Program-made: the position numbers and the translations under genes
Notes under the pieces: generated by a model
What the model saw: only the letters and a program-made list of their open reading frames with translations
What the model was told of the DNA's origin: nothing
Database searches by the model: none
Shown here: positions 43,460 through 44,413 of the stretch, piece after piece
How the letters are laid out: each line of letters begins with the position of its first letter
How positions within the stretch are numbered: the first letter of the stretch is position 1
Origin: an uncultured Methanosarcinales archaeon
Lineage (GTDB): Archaea > Nanobdellota > Nanobdellia > Woesearchaeales > GW2011-AR9
NCBI GenBank assembly: GCA_964639875.1
Contig: CAZXEM010000003.1
Coordinates: forward strand, 1-44,413
Direction of reading: 5' to 3'
Length of the DNA stretch: 44,413 nt

Positions 43460-44413
43460 ATGATCCAATTAGATGGTAAATATGGAACTGGAGGCGGAGC
43501 TTTAGTCAGAACAGCTCTTGCCCTTTCTACACTAACCGGCAAACCATTCTCTGTTGACAATATCCGGGCAGGTAAAGGAGATGGTGGAGGATTAAAACCG
43601 CAGCATTTGCATGCGATTAAAGCCCTCAAAGAGATATGCGGTGCAGAAACTAATCAAGTAGAACTGGGAACAAAAGAATTAACTTTCCAGCCAGGAAAAA
43701 TCAAACGAGGAGTTTATGAAATTGACATTGGTACAGCGGGAAGTATTACTTTATTCTTGCAAGCAATAATTCTTCCTTGTATGTTTGCTCCGGGAAAAGT
43801 CACTTTGAAAGTCAAAGGTGGTACTTGTGGTAAATGGCAAGCTTCAGTTTATTATTTGCAAAATGTTTTACTACCGCATTTACAAAGGTTTGTAGAAAAA
43901 ATTGAATTAAAAGTTATTAAGAAAGGTTACTATCCTAAAGGTGGTGGAGAAGTTCAATTGGAAATAACTCCTAAATTTAAATTAAATGAACATGATTCAT
44001 TTGCTGCTTTTTATGAAGACTTAAATTTTAAAACTGCAAAAATAAAATTAACTTCCCAGGGAGAGTTAGAACAAGTTCGTGGCATTGTAAATTTATCTTC
44101 AGAACTAGAAGATAAAGAGATAGGAGAAAGAATTAAAAGATCTGCTGAAGGAAGTTTAAAAGAATTAGGAGCCCCAATCAATATTAGAATTGAATATGCA
44201 AATACGTTAAATGTTGGTGGTGAGATAGTTCTTTGGGCAATTTTTAGTCAAAATGGAAAAGTTGATTTTGATAACCCTCTGATTCTTGGTGGAGATGCTT
44301 TAATTGAAAAAGGAAAACGTTCAGAAGAAATTGGTCAAGAAGCTGCAGAGATGTTAAAGAAAGAAATATCTTCTAATGCCGCTGTCGATCGAAATTTAGC
44401 TGACCAATTAATT
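43460..44413 (+). CDS. rtcA: RNA 3'-terminal phosphate cyclase RtcA (3' end runs off the window)
   Basis: My own translation from the ATG at 43460: MIQLDGKYGTGGGALVRTALALSTLTGKPFSVDNIRAGKGDGGGLKPQHLHAIKAL...IDIGTAGSITLFLQAI. This is colinear with RtcA, including the catalytic His region. In frame to the window end. Confidence 0.85.
   Translation, partial: MIQLDGKYGTGGGALVRTALALSTLTGKPFSVDNIRAGKGDGGGLKPQHLHAIKALKEICGAETNQVELGTKELTFQPGKIKRGVYEIDIGTAGSITLFLQAIILPCMFAPGKVTLKVKGGTCGKWQASVYYLQNVLLPHLQRFVEKIELKVIKKGYYPKGGGEVQLEITPKFKLNEHDSFAAFYEDLNFKTAKIKLTSQGELEQVRGIVNLSSELEDKEIGERIKRSAEGSLKELGAPINIRIEYANTLNVGGEIVLWAIFSQNGKVDFDNPLILGGDALIEKGKRSEEIGQEAAEMLKKEISSNAAVDRNLADQLI

Noticed and set aside
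1-44413. CRISPR arrays, rRNA genes, transposases, integrases, inteins in aIF5B or other hosts, and stop-codon reassignment.
   Set aside because: I found no regularly spaced direct repeats and no rRNA-like conserved stretches. aIF5B, ABCE1 and TrpRS are colinear and uninterrupted. I saw TAA and TGA terminating well-supported genes and saw no sign of stop-codon read-through or reassignment.

Overview
AT-rich archaeal chromosomal segment. Archaeal identity rests on ABCE1, archaeal/eukaryal-type TrpRS, Cbf5, ribosomal protein eS1 (S3Ae), aIF5B, geranylgeranyl reductase and RtcA. The small, Lys/Glu/Asn/Ile-rich proteins suggest a DPANN-like organism, but that is inference only. I call about 49 protein genes, mostly in tight operons. 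First genes sit about 25 nt downstream of TATA-like boxes, and internal genes carry GGAGG-type Shine-Dalgarno sites. Housekeeping genes are interleaved with accessory blocks. (1) 8315-12903: a four-gene surface operon with a class-III (pilin-like) signal protein, a polytopic membrane protein, a lipoprotein and a copper-less cupredoxin. (2) 16778-22658: aspartate racemase, two ATP-grasp ligases, a DppA-type D-aminopeptidase, a Cys-less C39-like protein and a membrane-anchored GH3 glycosidase, which together resemble murein-peptide chemistry. (3) 25055-25292: a GC-rich structured-RNA island around a tRNA-Thr-like gene. (4) 25801-28986: a TrmB-like regulator, three overlapping orphan ORFs and a BioB-like radical SAM protein with a CX4CX2C motif. 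(5) 32528-40324: a compositionally atypical envelope block with an S-layer-like protein, a 1013-aa thrombospondin-type-3-repeat adhesin, a secreted protein whose C-terminal half looks like an 8-stranded OMP-type beta-barrel, a lipoprotein and a Cys-rich anchored protein. (6) 41911-42698: a double-motif LAGLIDADG homing endonuclease converging on, and overlapping, a tRNA-Trp gene that needs three insertions removed to fold as a cloverleaf. No CRISPR array, integrase, transposase or rRNA was seen. All functional calls come from motifs read by eye; no database search was run.
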